The notes under the pieces are model-generated. The model was not told where the DNA came from. It did not search any database and was given only the letters and a program-made list of their open reading frames with translations. 64,000 bases of DNA from positions 92,070,001 to 92,134,000 of the forward strand of contig NC_091977.1 of NCBI RefSeq assembly GCF_044704955.1, given 5' to 3'. The DNA is from Pristiophorus japonicus (lineage: Eukaryota). This document shows positions 1 through 12,154 of the stretch, piece after piece. The translations under genes and the position numbers were made by a program. Every line of letters begins with the position of its first letter. Positions within the stretch are counted from its first letter, which is position 1.

Positions 1-1638
1 AACTGAGGGATATCCTTATTAGGCGGAAAATTGTGTTAGGGAAATTGATGGGATTGAAGGCCGATAATCACCGGGGCCTGATAGTCTGCATCCCAGAGTA
101 CTTAAGGAAATGGCCCGAGAAATAGTGGATGCATTGGTGATCATTTTCCAACAGTCTATTGACTCTGGATCAGTTCCTATGGACTGGAGGGTAGCTAATG
201 TAACACCACTTTTTTAAAAAGGAGGGAGAGAGAAAATGGGTAATTATAGACTGGTTAGCCTGACATCAGTAGTGGGGAAAATGTTGGAATCAATCAATAA
301 GGATGAAATAGCATTGCATTTGGAAAGCAGTGACAGGATCGGTCCAAGTCAGCATGGATTTATGAAAGGGAAATTATGCTTGACGAATCTTCTGGAATTT
401 TTTTGAGGATGTAACTAGCAGAGTGGACAAGGGAGAACCAGAGGATGTGGTGTATTTGGACTTTCAAAGGGCTTTTGACAAGGTTCCGCACAAGAGATTG
501 GTGTGCAAAGTCAAAGCGCATGGTATTGGGGGTAATGTACTGACGTGGATAGAGAACTGGTTGGCAGAAAGCAAGCAGAGAGTCGGGATAAACGGGTCCT
601 TTTCAGAATGGCAGGCAGTGACTAGTGGAGTGCCACAGGGCTCAGTGCTGGGACCCCAGCTCTTTACAATATACATTAACGATTTGGATGAAGGAATTGA
701 GTGTAATATCTCCAAGTTTGCTGATGACACTAAACTGGGTGGCAGTGTGAGCTGTGAGGGGAATGCTAAGAGGCTGCAGGGTGACTTGGACAGGTTAGGT
801 GAGTGGGCAAATGCATGGCAGATGCAGTATAATGTGGATAAATGTGAGGTTATCCATTTTGGGGGCAAAAACATGAAGGCAGTATATTATCTAAATGGTG
901 ACAGATTAGGAAAAGGGGAGGTGCAACGAGACCTGGGTGTCATGGTACATCAGTCATTGAAGGTTGCAGGTTCAGTCGGCAGTGAAGAAGGCAAATGGTA
1001 TGTTGGCCTTCATAGCTAGGGGATTTGAGTATGGAGCAGGGAGGTCTTACTGCAGTTGTACAGGGCCTTAGTGAGGCCTCACCTAGAATATTGTGTTCAG
1101 TTTTGGTCTCCTAATCTGAGGAAGGACGTTCTTGCTATTGAGGGAGTGCAGCGAAGGTTCACCAGACTAATTCCAGGGATGGCTGGACTGTCATATGAGG
1201 AGAAAGTGGATCAACTGGGCCTTTATTCACTGGAGTTTAGAAGGATGAGAGGGGATCTCATAGTAACATATAAGATTCTGACGGGACTGGACAGGTTAGA
1301 TGCGGGAAGAATGTTCCCAATGTTGGGGAAGTCCAGAACCAGGGGACATAGTCTTAGGATAAGGGGTAGACCATTTAGGAATGAGAGGAGGAGAAACTTC
1401 TTCACTGAGAGAGTTGTTAACCTGTGGAATTCCCTGCCATAGAGAGTTGTTGATGCCAGTTCATTGGATATATTCAAGAGGGAGTTTGATATGGCCCTTA
1501 CGGCTAAAGGGATTAAGGGGTATGGAGAGAAAGCAGGAAAGGAGTACTGAGGGAATGATCAGCCATGATCTTATTGAATGGCGGTGCAGGCTCATAGGGC
1601 CAAATGGCCTACTCCTGCACCTATTTTCTATGTTTCTA
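1..1638 (+). mobile_element. CR1-clade LINE, ORF2 (RT and C-terminus) plus 3' end, frameshifted
   Basis: ORFs 423-1019 and 1056-1442 carry VYLDFQRAFDKVPH, GVPQGSVLGP, FADD and [13 protein letters not shown]; the copy ends in the CR1 tail TTTTCTATGTTTCTA. Confidence 0.95.
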
Positions 1639-2143
1639 GACAGTTTTCCAGCTGACTGTTTATTTCAACTAAGTAGGTTAGGCAAGACCAGGGAACACAA
1701 ATTTAAATTGTATAAGGCCAGGTCTAGGTTCGATGTCAGGATGTGATTCTTTTCACAGAGACCTCTGGAACAAGCTGCCCTTTCATGTGGTGGATGCAGA
1801 CTCACTGAATTCCTTCAAGCAAAAGCTGGATTTGTTTCTGGCTGCGGAGGAGATTAACTCTTACAGAAGATAGGCACTGCAGGGAATTTAATGGCCAGAG
1901 TGATCTCCTGGACTAGCTTTGATCGCCCAGATGGGTTGAAGAGTAATTTCCTTGATTTTTTTCCCCAAATTGGCCTGCGGTTTTTCATCTGTTTTTTTGC
2001 CTCTCCCAGGAGATCACATGGTCAGCAGTCACATGGTTTTGGGTGGGGTGGAGTGTATAAGTTGTGATACACAAGGTATCGCAATTGTGTGGGACAGGCT
2101 CGATGGACCAGATGGTCTTTACCTGTCCGTCATTGTTTGTAAT
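1639..2143 (+). mobile_element. Diverged CR1 3' fragment with long 3' UTR
   Basis: Encodes ..LGKTREHKFKLYKARSRFDVR.. (CR1 ORF2 C-terminus); UTR aligns by eye with the copies at 43311-43780 (-) and 57025-57330 (+). Confidence 0.75.
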
Positions 2144-2614
2144 TAGGTCCCAGGTGCCCGGTTTCAGTCACTGCAACGTTATCAGCTCGCACTTTCAACA
2201 ACTTGCCACACACAGAATTTGAAAACCTAAACATGCAAGGGCACATCTATCTAACAGCAGACACCATTGGATGCCCTGCTACAGCAAATGATAGCCCTCA
2301 AATACGTTTTTGTTTTACATCTGTTTTCAGTTTTAAGCACTCAGCTGCAGTCTGTCCAACAGAATGAACAGCAAAACATTGTAATTGCAACTTCAAATCA
2401 TTAAATTATTGTTACACAATCAACTTGATAATAAGCTATTTATATATCATAACACCACAAAGGGAAAATCATTAGAAATATGCCCTTCCATTCATCATTT
2501 TATTTCTCCTTTCCCTTGCTGTGTAAGGCACCATGAGCACCAGCAGCTCTCTGGTGACTCGCCAAAGTGATTGTTTTTCAGGTAACAGCTTTTAAACAGT
2601 GACTGTTAAATAAT

Positions 2615-2845
2615 GGCGGGTACCACGGCTGACCACAATCCCATAGTCACGCAATGTGAATATACTTGTACATTTGAACAGGGGTCACTGCCTAGCAATC
2701 AGGAACACAGACTTTCATTGATTTTCTTCTTACTCAGCCCAGGGGTACTAATTGTAGCACCCTAGTGTTCAAACCTGTGACCTACAGGTTTGTATGTTTT
2801 AGTACCACATCAGGCTGTGCATTTACCCATTAAACCATCAGGGAA
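2615..2845 (-). mobile_element. Degraded tRNA-headed Deu-type SINE (SacSINE1-like)
   Basis: Reverse complement begins TCCCTGATGGTTTAATGGGTAAATGC (A-box-like head); body ..GCTACAATTAG..CCCCTGGGCT..TCCTGATTGCTAGGCAGTGACCCCTG.. resembles the interrupted SINE at 32930-36280. Confidence 0.55.
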
Positions 2846-3029
2846 TTATTATACTTTATAATAACACAACAAGCCATTCTGATGACTGAAGATATGAAAA
2901 ATGTAATTATGTATATTCATTTTAATTAGTTTTAGCGAGGAAGGGTTTAGGACACAAATACATTTACGAACAAAAAGGTAAAGAGGAAAAATGTGGTTCA
3001 GTTCAGAACAGAGAGGAACTGGAAATAAA

Positions 3030-3135
3030 TAAGAACATAAGAATTAGGAACAGAAGTAGGCCATTTGGCTCTTCAAGCCTGCTCCGCCATTCAATCAGAT
3101 CATGGCCGATCTGCTACCTTAGCTCCACCTTCCGC
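3030..3135 (-). mobile_element. Short CR1 3'-end fragment
   Basis: AAGAACATAAGAA tail followed by GTAGGCCATTTGGC..GCCTGCTCCGCCATTCAAT, the reverse complement of the CR1 3' terminus seen elsewhere in the window. Confidence 0.8.
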
Positions 3136-3529
3136 AGGAAATAGGGACTAGGGACTGCAAGATTAGCTAAAATGTTTTAATATTAATGCAGAAGCATTAG
3201 GAATAAACTATCTGAACTGTATTCAGCCAGTAAAAATATTGTCATAGAAATATGGCTACAAGCATAATATGGGCAACAGAGGAACATAAGATGGTGAAAA
3301 ATGTCTCATAAAGATAGACACATTAATCCAGTGGGCATAGTATTGATGAGGATGATTAAGCAGAAATTAAAAGGGCATATATGACAGCAGCAGCGAAAAT
3401 AATAACTGGCAAATAATTTGAACTGTCATCTTGAGGTGAATGGTAGATAATGAGTTAATAAGAGAGGCTGCAGGGGATCATAGGCCCAGATATTCTCAGA
3501 AATGCATTGGGATGGGGCTGTCCGATATC

Positions 3530-5406
3530 ACGTGTGGAAGGATGAGAGCATGCCAGGAGATCGCTGAGATGCAGTAATCGTCACCATCTTTAAAAAAGGG
3601 TACAAGTTCGACTGTGGCAACTACAGAGGAATCTCCCTGTTGTCGGCCACTGGGAAAGTCATCGCTAGTATCTTCCTCATCCATCTTTTCCCTGTGGTTG
3701 AGGAGCTCCTCCCGGAGTCACACTGCGGATTCCATCCACGACGGGGTACAACAGACATGACACGGCGCGACAACTGCAAGAGAAATGCAGGGAACAGCAC
3801 CAACCCTTGTACATGATCTTCTTTGACCTTACAAAGGCCTTTGACACTGTCAACTGCGAGGGACTATGGAGCGTCTTCCTCCATTTTGGCTGGCCCCCAA
3901 AAGTATGTCGCAATCCTCTGGCTGCTCCACGACGACAGGCAAGCCGTGATCTTGGCCAACGGATCCACCACAGACTCAATCCACATCCGGACTGGGGTCA
4001 AGCAGGGCTGCATCATCGCGCCAACCCTCTTCTCGATCTTACTTGCTGCAATGCTCCAGCTCACGCTCAACAACCTCCCCGCTGGAGTGGAACTAAACTA
4101 TAGAACCAGTGGGAACCTGTTCAACCTTCGTCGCTTCCCGGCTAGATCCAAGACCGTCCCATCCTCTGTCGTCAAACTAAAGTACGCGGGTGACACTTGC
4201 GTCTGCACACATTCAGAGGCTGGACTCCAAGCCATCGTCAATATCTTCCCTGAGGCATACGAAAGCATGGGCCTTACACTAAGCATCCGTAAGACAAAGG
4301 TCCTCCACCATCCTGACCTCGCCACACAGCACTGCCCCCCAGTCATCAAAATCCACAGCGCGGCCTATTATCAGCAAGGGCAGACATCGACGACGAGGTT
4401 CAATACTGCCTCCAGTGCATCAGCGCAGCCTTCGGTTGCCTGAGGAAAAGAGTGTTCAAAGATCAGGCCTTCAAATCTGGCACCAAGCTTATGGTCTACA
4501 GGGCTGTAGTGATACCCGCCCTCCTGTACCTGGACCATATACAGTAGATACCACAAATTGCTGGAGAAATACCACCAATGATGTCGCCGCAAGATCCTGC
4601 AAATCCCCTGGGAGGATAGACGCACCAATGTCAGTGGGGCCAACATCCCCAGCATCGAAGCATTGACCATATCGACCAGCTCCATTGGGCGGGCCACATC
4701 GCTCACATGCCCAACACAAGGTTCCCAAAGCAAGCGCTCTACTCGGAACTCCTTCACGGCAAGTGAGCCCTGTCATGTATCTCACACCACTGTATATAAC
4801 AGTATCTTACCATGCTATACATGACTGTAACTAGATATGACCTGTAACCACAAGCATACCTTACCACCAGGGGTGCATTTGCAGGAGACACTGCACACCT
4901 GTCCCACACAGGTATATAAAGGCAGGTCTCAGGCAAGTGTGGCATTCCAGAGCTGTGAAATAAAGCTGCAGATCCTGAGTGACCTTGACGTCAGCATGTG
5001 CCTCGTGTAAGTCTGTACTGCAGGGTCAGGACTTTACAAGCTCAAGGTGGGTAGAGGAAACATTTCAAGGGCACCCTCAAAGCCTCCTTGATAAAGTGCA
5101 ACATCCCACCGATACCTGGGAGTCCCTGGCCAAAGATCACCCTAAGTGGAGGAAGAACATCCGGGAGTGCATTGAGCACCTCAAGTCTCGTTGCCAAGAG
5201 CATGCAGAAAACAAGTGCAAGCAGCGGAAGGAGCGTGCGGCAAACCAGACTCCCCACCCACCCTTTCCTTCAACCACTGTCTGTCCCACCTGTGACAGAG
5301 ACTGTAATTCCCATATTGGACTGTTCAGTCACCTGAGAACTCACTTTTAGAGTGGAAGCAAGTCTTCCTCAATTTCAAGGGGCTGCCTATGATGATGATG
5401 ATGATG
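3530..5406 (+). mobile_element. RTE-clade LINE, 5'-truncated, interrupted by a solo LTR
   Basis: NYRGISLLS, FFDLTKAFDTV, TGVKQGCIIAPTLF, C-terminal CPTCDRDC..HLRTH zinc finger; (GAT)n tail at about 5389-5405. Confidence 0.92.
4771..5038 (+). mobile_element. Solo LTR (268 bp)
   Basis: TGTCA...TTACA ends; TATATAAA at about 4913; AATAAA at about 4959; 5-bp TSD AGCCC/AGCTC; splits the RTE ORF. Confidence 0.85.
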
Positions 5407-7954
5407 GAACTGGAAAAAGTTCAGTGCGTCTGTTGTGGCTTTTTAACGCAGCCAGCTCATTAGCATTTTACTTCCAGGTTTGGTGTCAAATACGCAGCAG
5501 CGGGCGTGATGAGGATCTACATGACATGATCTCATGTATTTAAAGGGCCAATCCAAAAATAGAATTTCAAGGAGTTGGTGTCAGAAACAACAGAAGAGGA
5601 AGTTTAAGACTGGATTCCAGTTGGGCAAAGGCTGTGCCACAGTTCAGTGAAGAGCCGGCGAGAGATATGCTTCTCCAGTAATGGAACGAAGAAACTTTTG
5701 CTGCCACAAAGGAGGCATGGCTGGAGGTGGCGCAGCAGGTCAGCAGGAGGAGCATTGTGCCACACTCCTGTTCAGTGCAGGAAGTGCTTCAATGACCCAA
5801 CCAGATCAGGAAAGGCAAGTACAGTTGTACATTCACCTATATCCTGCTGTGCACACCACCTACCCCCTCACTCTACCTTGTTGAGCCTCCTCCATCACAT
5901 CACTCTTCACATCCAACTTACCTTGTACGTGCACCCATTCTTCTCTTTCTATGCACTTTCTCACATCCCCATCTATCCATTCACCACTGCCATTCACCCC
6001 CATCCTTATGCAATTTCATGCCTCTCCCTCATAGTCACCCTTGCAAAATGCACTCCATCCATCAGGTCAATACATGCCATTAGCGCACTCAAGGGTCCGT
6101 TCTTTCCCTCATTGCAGGAGAAGAGAGCTCAGAACACGAGGAAGAGAGAGAGAGAGAACTGGAGATGGTCCTCCACAGATTTCCCATCTCACAAATGCAG
6201 AGGAGGTGGCGCTGGAGATCAGTGGCATTTGACATCCTTGGTCATCGGAGATGGGAAGACGGGGATCTCACAGTTACCTGGTGACACAATTAAATATCAG
6301 CGACCCACATATCGTACAGCACTTAGTCATGTTGATTTGATTTCAACAGCGAATGGTATATGATCATCTTCTAATGATAACTTGCAACATTTTTACGTTA
6401 TCAATACTAATTCATATCTTTTATCTCTGACAGGGCCTTCATGTGTGCAGCATCAGTCAGTGGACGTGGATGACGATTCCTCAGAGGAGCTGATTCATCC
6501 TGAGAGTGCACCATCACAAGATTCATGCTTACCATGCACTAGTGAAATGACTCACACTGCACAAGTGAGTCACCAGATGAAAATAAATGTTTTCTTCTTA
6601 ACAAAATTGTGAGCAAAATGCAACTCACCAGAAATAATTAGTATCTCAAGATGCTGGCCTCGAGTAATAGCTCTGGTGGGCAGCTGAACTTGATTTGATC
6701 AGAGGATGCAAACATCAATGAGGAAGATTTCTCTTCTGTGCAAATTATAAATGTGCACTTTGTAAATGTATTTACAATCTCTCTACACATTGCATGCAGG
6801 GGAAATCTGTCTGCCAGCTGTTGTTAAATGGGTGTTTGTCATCTTGTCATAACACCCATGCTGAGGCCCCTCAGAGAATCATAGTTAGTACTATTATGTT
6901 TCTCATCAGCAACTTGGTGGATGCCATCTAAAGTTTCCTATGCTAATGTCATTATCCTCTGCAGAGCAATTAGCTCACAAACTGAAAAATAATGACAACT
7001 AAATCAATGCAGACAGTATTGAATAGTGAGTGGCCAAATACTGTGCTATCTGCAATTCGGAGAAGACCAAGTTAATAGATCTGTCAAGGAAGAAGGACCA
7101 ACAGAAGTAGATCACCCATCTTATTCTATAAATAATTGAGCAATTATATCTGATTAAATATATAGTTTGAGAAAACTAGTAGAAGGGTAGGAATTAGTAT
7201 TCTACAAAGCTCATATATGACCAAAGTTGGAATATTGTTACCCTGTTTGGCAACTACAGAGCAAATGAAAGACTCTTTATCTGAATGCATGAAGCATTCG
7301 TAACAAGATAGAAAAACTCGTGGCACAAATAGAGATCAATGGGTTGGATCTAATAGCCATTACAGAGACATGGTTGCAATGTGACCAAGGTTGGGAACTA
7401 AATGTTCCAGGGTACTTGACATTTTGAAATGGCAGGCAGAATGGTAAAGGAGTGGTTAGCCCTGATAAATAAAGGATGACATAAGGACAGTAGAAAGAAA
7501 GGATCTCGCTCGAAAAATCAGGAAGTAGAATCTGTATGGGTGGAGATGAGGAATAACAAGGCACAGAAAACACTGGTGGGAGTAGTATGTAGGCCTCCTA
7601 ACAGTAGCTATACCATCGGACAGAATAGTCATCAAAAAATAGTAGGAGCTTGTTACAAAGGTAATTCAATAATCGTGCGGTACTTTAATCTTCATATAAA
7701 TTGGCAAAGGTAGTCTGGAGGAGCAGTTCATGGAATGCATTTGAGACAGTTTCCTAGAATAATATATCATGGAACCAACCGGGGAGCAGGCTATTTTAGA
7801 TCTTATATTGTGTCATGAGACAGGATTAATTAGCAATCTCATAATAAAGGATCCTCTGGGATTGAGTGATCACAATACAACAGAATTTCACATTAGGTTT
7901 GAGAGTGACTTGCCCGAAGTCCGAAACTAGCATCTTAAACTTAAATAAAGCCAA

Positions 7955-8873
7955 TTCATCATCATCGATACTCCCTTGAAATCGAGGATGACTTGCTTCC
8001 ACTCTAAAAGTGAGTTCTCAGGTGGCTGTACAGTCCAATGCGGGAATCAAAGTCTCTGTCACAGGTGGGGCAGACAGTGGTTGAAGGAAAGGGTGGGTGG
8101 GGAGCCTGGTTTGCCGGACGCTCCTTCCACTGTCTGCACTTGATTTCTGCATGCTCTTGGCGACGAGACTCAAGGTGCTCAGTGCCCTCCCAGATGCTCT
8201 TCCTCCACTTTTGGCGGTCTTGGGCCAGGAAAATGATTAAGAAAGGGTGCCGGTGGGGATGTTGCACTTTATCAAGGAGGCTTTGAGGGTGTCCTTGAAA
8301 TGTTTTCTCTACTCACCTGGGGCTCGCTTGCCATGTCGGAGCTCCGAGTAGAGCACTTGCTCAGGGAGACTCGTGTCGGGCATGCGGACGATGTGGCCCG
8401 CCCAACGAAGCTGGTTGAGCATGGGCAGTGCTTCACTGACATCTGTAAACATCACATTCACTAAACATACATAAGACAAAGGTCCTCCACCAACCTGATC
8501 CCGCCGATCATCAAAATCCACGGCACGGACAATGTGGACATTTTCCTTACCTCGGGAGCCTATTATCAGCAAGGGTAGCCATCGATGATGAGGTCTAACT
8601 TTTAGTGTGCCAGCGCAGCCTTTGGTCACCTGAGGAAGAGAGAGTTTGAAGACCAGGTCCTCAAATCTGGCAACAAGCTTATGGTCTACAGGACAGTAGT
8701 GATACCCGCCCTCCTATATGGCTCAGAGGTGTGGACTATATACAGCAGACACCTCAAAGCACTGGAGAAGTACCACCAGCGATGCCTCCATAAGTTCCTG
8801 CAAATCCACTGGGAGGATAGATGCACCAACGCCACTGTTCTCGCTCAGGCGAACATCCCCAGCATTGAAACAC
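7955..8873 (-). mobile_element. RTE insertion with inverted 5' half
   Basis: 3' part with (CAT)n tail on the - strand (7955 to about 8440); upstream part on the + strand (about 8460-8873); 9-bp TSD TAAAGCCAA at 7946-7954 and 8874-8882. Confidence 0.88.
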
Positions 8874-9834
8874 TAAAGCCAAGGTAGGAAGGGTGAATTG
8901 GCTAAAGTAGATTGAAAACATTGATTAAAAGGTATGGGAATAGATAAGCAGTGGCGAGCATTTAAAGAAATATTTCATAATTCTCAACAAAAAGACATTT
9001 CATTGCGAAACAAAAACACCACAGGGAACGTGATCCATCCGTGGCTAACTAAAGAAGTTAAGGATAGCATTACATAGAAACATAGAAAATAGGTGCAGTA
9101 GTAGGCCATTTGGCCCTTCGAGCCTGCACCACCATTCAATAAGATTATGGCTGATCATTCCCTCAGTACCCCTTTCCTGCTTTCTCTCCATACACCTTGA
9201 TCCCTCTTGGATATATGCAATGGACTGGCATCAACAACACTCTGCGGCAGGGAATTCCACAGGTTAACAACTCTCTGAATGAAGAAGTTTCTCCTCATCT
9301 CAGTCCGAAATGGTCTACCCCTTATCCTAAGACTGTGCCCCCTGGTTCTGGACTTCCCAAACATTGGGAACATTCTTCCCGCATCTAACTTGTCTAGTCC
9401 CGTCAGAATCTTATAAGTTTCTGTGAGATCCCCTCTCATCCTTCTAAACTTCAGTGTACAAAGGCCCAGTTGATCCAGTTTCTCCTCATATGTCAGTCCA
9501 GCAATCCCGGGAATCAGTCTGGTGAACCTTCGCTGCATTCCCTAAATAGCAAGAACGTCCTTCCTCAGATTAGGAGATCAAAACTACACACAATATTCCA
9601 GGTGAGGCCTCACCAAGGCCCCGTACAACTGCATTAAAACCTCCCTGCTCCTATACTCAAATCCACTAGCTATGAAGGCCAACATACCATTTGCCTTCTT
9701 CACCGCCTGTTGTACCTGCTTGCCAACTTTCAATGACTGATGAACCATGACATCCAGGTCTCGTTGCACCTCCCCCTTTCCTAATCTGCTGCCATTCAGT
9801 TAATATTCTGCCTTCGTGTTCTTTTCCCCAAACT

Positions 9835-12154
9835 CGTAAAAGATCCTCTCGGAATGAGTGATCATGGTATGGCTGAATTTGTAATACAGATTGAGGGTGA
9901 GGAAGTAGTGTCTCAAACGAGCATACTATGCTTAAACAAAGGGGACCACAGTGGGATGAGGGCAGAGTTGGCTAAAGTAGACTGGAAACACAGACTAAAC
10001 GGTGGCACAATTTAGGAACAGTGGAGGACTTTTAAGGAGCTGTTTCGTCGTGCTCAAAAAAATATATTCCAGTGAAAAAGAAGGGCGGTAAGAGAAGGGA
10101 TAACCAGCCGTGGATAACCAAGGAAATAAAAGAGAGTATCAAATTAAAAACCAATGCGTATAAGGTGGCCAAGGTTAGTGGGAAACTAGAAGATTGGGAA
10201 AATTTTAAACGACAGCAAAGAATGACTAAGAAAGCAATAAAGAAAGGAAAGATAGATTACGAAAGTAAACTTGCGCAAAACATAAAAACAGATAGTAAAA
10301 GCGTTTACAGATATATAAAACAGAAAAGAGTGACTAAAGTAAATGTTGGTCCCTTAGAAGATGAGAAGGGGATTTAATAATGGGAAATGTGGAAATGGCT
10401 GAGACCTTAAACAATTATTTTGCTTCGGTCTTCACAGTGGAAGACACAAAAACCATGCCAGACATTGCTGGTCACAGGAATGTGGGAAGGGAGGACCTTG
10501 AGACAATCACTATCACTAGGTGGGTAGTGCTGGACAGGCTAATGGAACTCAAGGTAGACAAGTCCCCTGGTCCTGATAAAATGCATCCCAGGGTATTAAA
10601 AGAGATGGCGGAAGTTATAGCAGATGCATTCGTTATAATCTACCAAAATTCTCTGGACTCTGGGGAGATACCAGCGGATTGAAAAGCAGCTAATGTAACG
10701 CCTCTGTTTAAAAAAGGGGGCAGACAAAAGGCAGGTAACTATAGGCTGGTTAGTTTAACATCTGTGGTGGGGAAAATGCTTGAAGCTATCATTAAGGACG
10801 AAATAGCGGGACATCGAGATAGGAATAGTGCAATCAAGCAGACGCAACAAGGATTCATGAAGGGGAAATCATATTTATCTAATTTACTGGAATTCTTTGA
10901 GGATATAATGAGCATGGTGGATAGAGGTGTACCGATGGATGTGGTGTATTTAGATTTCCAAAAGGCATTCGATAAGGTGCCACACAAAAGGTTACTGCAG
11001 AAGATAAAGGTACGCGGAGTCAGAGGAAATGTATTAGCATGGATCGAGAATTGGCTGGCTAACAGAAAGCAGAGAGTCGAGATAAATTGGTCCTTTTCGG
11101 GTTGGAAATCGGTGGTTAGTGATGTGCCACAGGGATCGGTGCTGGGACCACAATTGTTTACAATATACATAGATGACCTGGAAGAGGGGACAGAGTGTAG
11201 TGTTACAAAATTTGCAGATGACACAAAGATTAGTGGGAAAGCGGGTTGTGTAGAGGACACAGAGAGGCTGCAAAGAGATTTAGATAGGTTAAGGGAATGG
11301 GCTAAGGTTTGGCAGATGGAATACAATGTCGGAAAGTGTGAGGTCATCCACTTTGGAAAAAAAAACAGAAAAAAGGAATATTATTTGAATGGGGAGAAAT
11401 TACAAAATGCTGCGGTGCAGAGGGACCTGGGGGTCCTTGTGCATGAATCCCCAAAAGTTAGTTTGCAGGTGCAGCAGGTAATCAGGAAGGCGAATGGAAT
11501 GTTGGCCTTCATTGCGAGAGGGATGGAGTACAAAAGCAGGGAGGTCCTTCTGCAACTGTATAGGGTATTGGTGAGGCCGCACCTGGAGTACTGCGTGCAG
11601 TTTTGGTCACCTTACTTAAGAAAGGATATACTAGCTTTGGAGGGGGTACAGAGGCGATTCACTAGGCTGATTCCGGAGATGAGGGGGTTACCTTATAATG
11701 ATAGATTGAGTAGACAGGGTCTTTACTCGTTGGAGTTCAGAAGGATGAGGGGTGATCTCATAGAAACATTTAAAATAATGAAAGGGATAGACAAGATAGA
11801 GGCAGAGAGGTTGTTTCCACTGGTCGGGGAGACTAGAACTAGGGGGCACAGCCTCAAAATACGGGGGAGCCAATTTAAAAACGAGTTGAGAAGAAATTTC
11901 TTCTTCCAGAGGGTTGTGAATCTGTGGAATTCTCTGCCCAAGGAAGCAGTTGAGGCTAGCGCATTGAATGTATTCAAATCACAGATAGATAGATTTTTAA
12001 TCAATAAGGGAATTAAGGGTTACGGGGAGCGGGCGGGTAAGTGGAGCTGAGTCCACGGCCAGATCAGCCATGATCTTGTTGAATGGTGGAGCAGGCTCGA
12101 GGGGCTAGATGGCCTACTCCTGTTCCTAATTCTTCTGTTCTTATGTTCTTATGT
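9835..12154 (+). mobile_element. Young 5'-truncated CR1 nested in the minus-strand CR1
   Basis: TSD AAACT at about 9830-9834 and 12155-12159; TTCTTATG tail; few ORF disruptions. Confidence 0.92.
10764..12050 (+). CDS. Open 428-aa portion of CR1 ORF2 (RT and C-terminal domain); upstream part broken by a frameshift and a stop
   Basis: YLDFQKAFDKVPH, VPQGSVLGP, FADD, ending GYGERAGKWS*. Confidence 0.85.
   Translation: MVGKMLEAIIKDEIAGHRDRNSAIKQTQQGFMKGKSYLSNLLEFFEDIMSMVDRGVPMDVVYLDFQKAFDKVPHKRLLQKIKVRGVRGNVLAWIENWLANRKQRVEINWSFSGWKSVVSDVPQGSVLGPQLFTIYIDDLEEGTECSVTKFADDTKISGKAGCVEDTERLQRDLDRLREWAKVWQMEYNVGKCEVIHFGKKNRKKEYYLNGEKLQNAAVQRDLGVLVHESPKVSLQVQQVIRKANGMLAFIARGMEYKSREVLLQLYRVLVRPHLEYCVQFWSPYLRKDILALEGVQRRFTRLIPEMRGLPYNDRLSRQGLYSLEFRRMRGDLIETFKIMKGIDKIEAERLFPLVGETRTRGHSLKIRGSQFKNELRRNFFFQRVVNLWNSLPKEAVEASALNVFKSQIDRFLINKGIKGYGERAGKWS

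Larger units (their letters stand above)
3482..6600 (+). mobile_element. Degraded PIF/Harbinger remnant with Myb/SANT pseudogene (about 5630-6560), interrupted by an RTE
   Basis: Translated pieces ..TKEAWLEVAQQVS..VQCRKCFND..RSGK | EKRAQN..RERTGDGPPQ..LTNAEEVALEI match Myb/SANT exons 1-2 of the other Harbingers; acceptors CTCATTGCAG (about 6117) and TCTCTGACAG (about 6433); TIR-like GGCCCAGATATT at about 3483. Confidence 0.6.
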
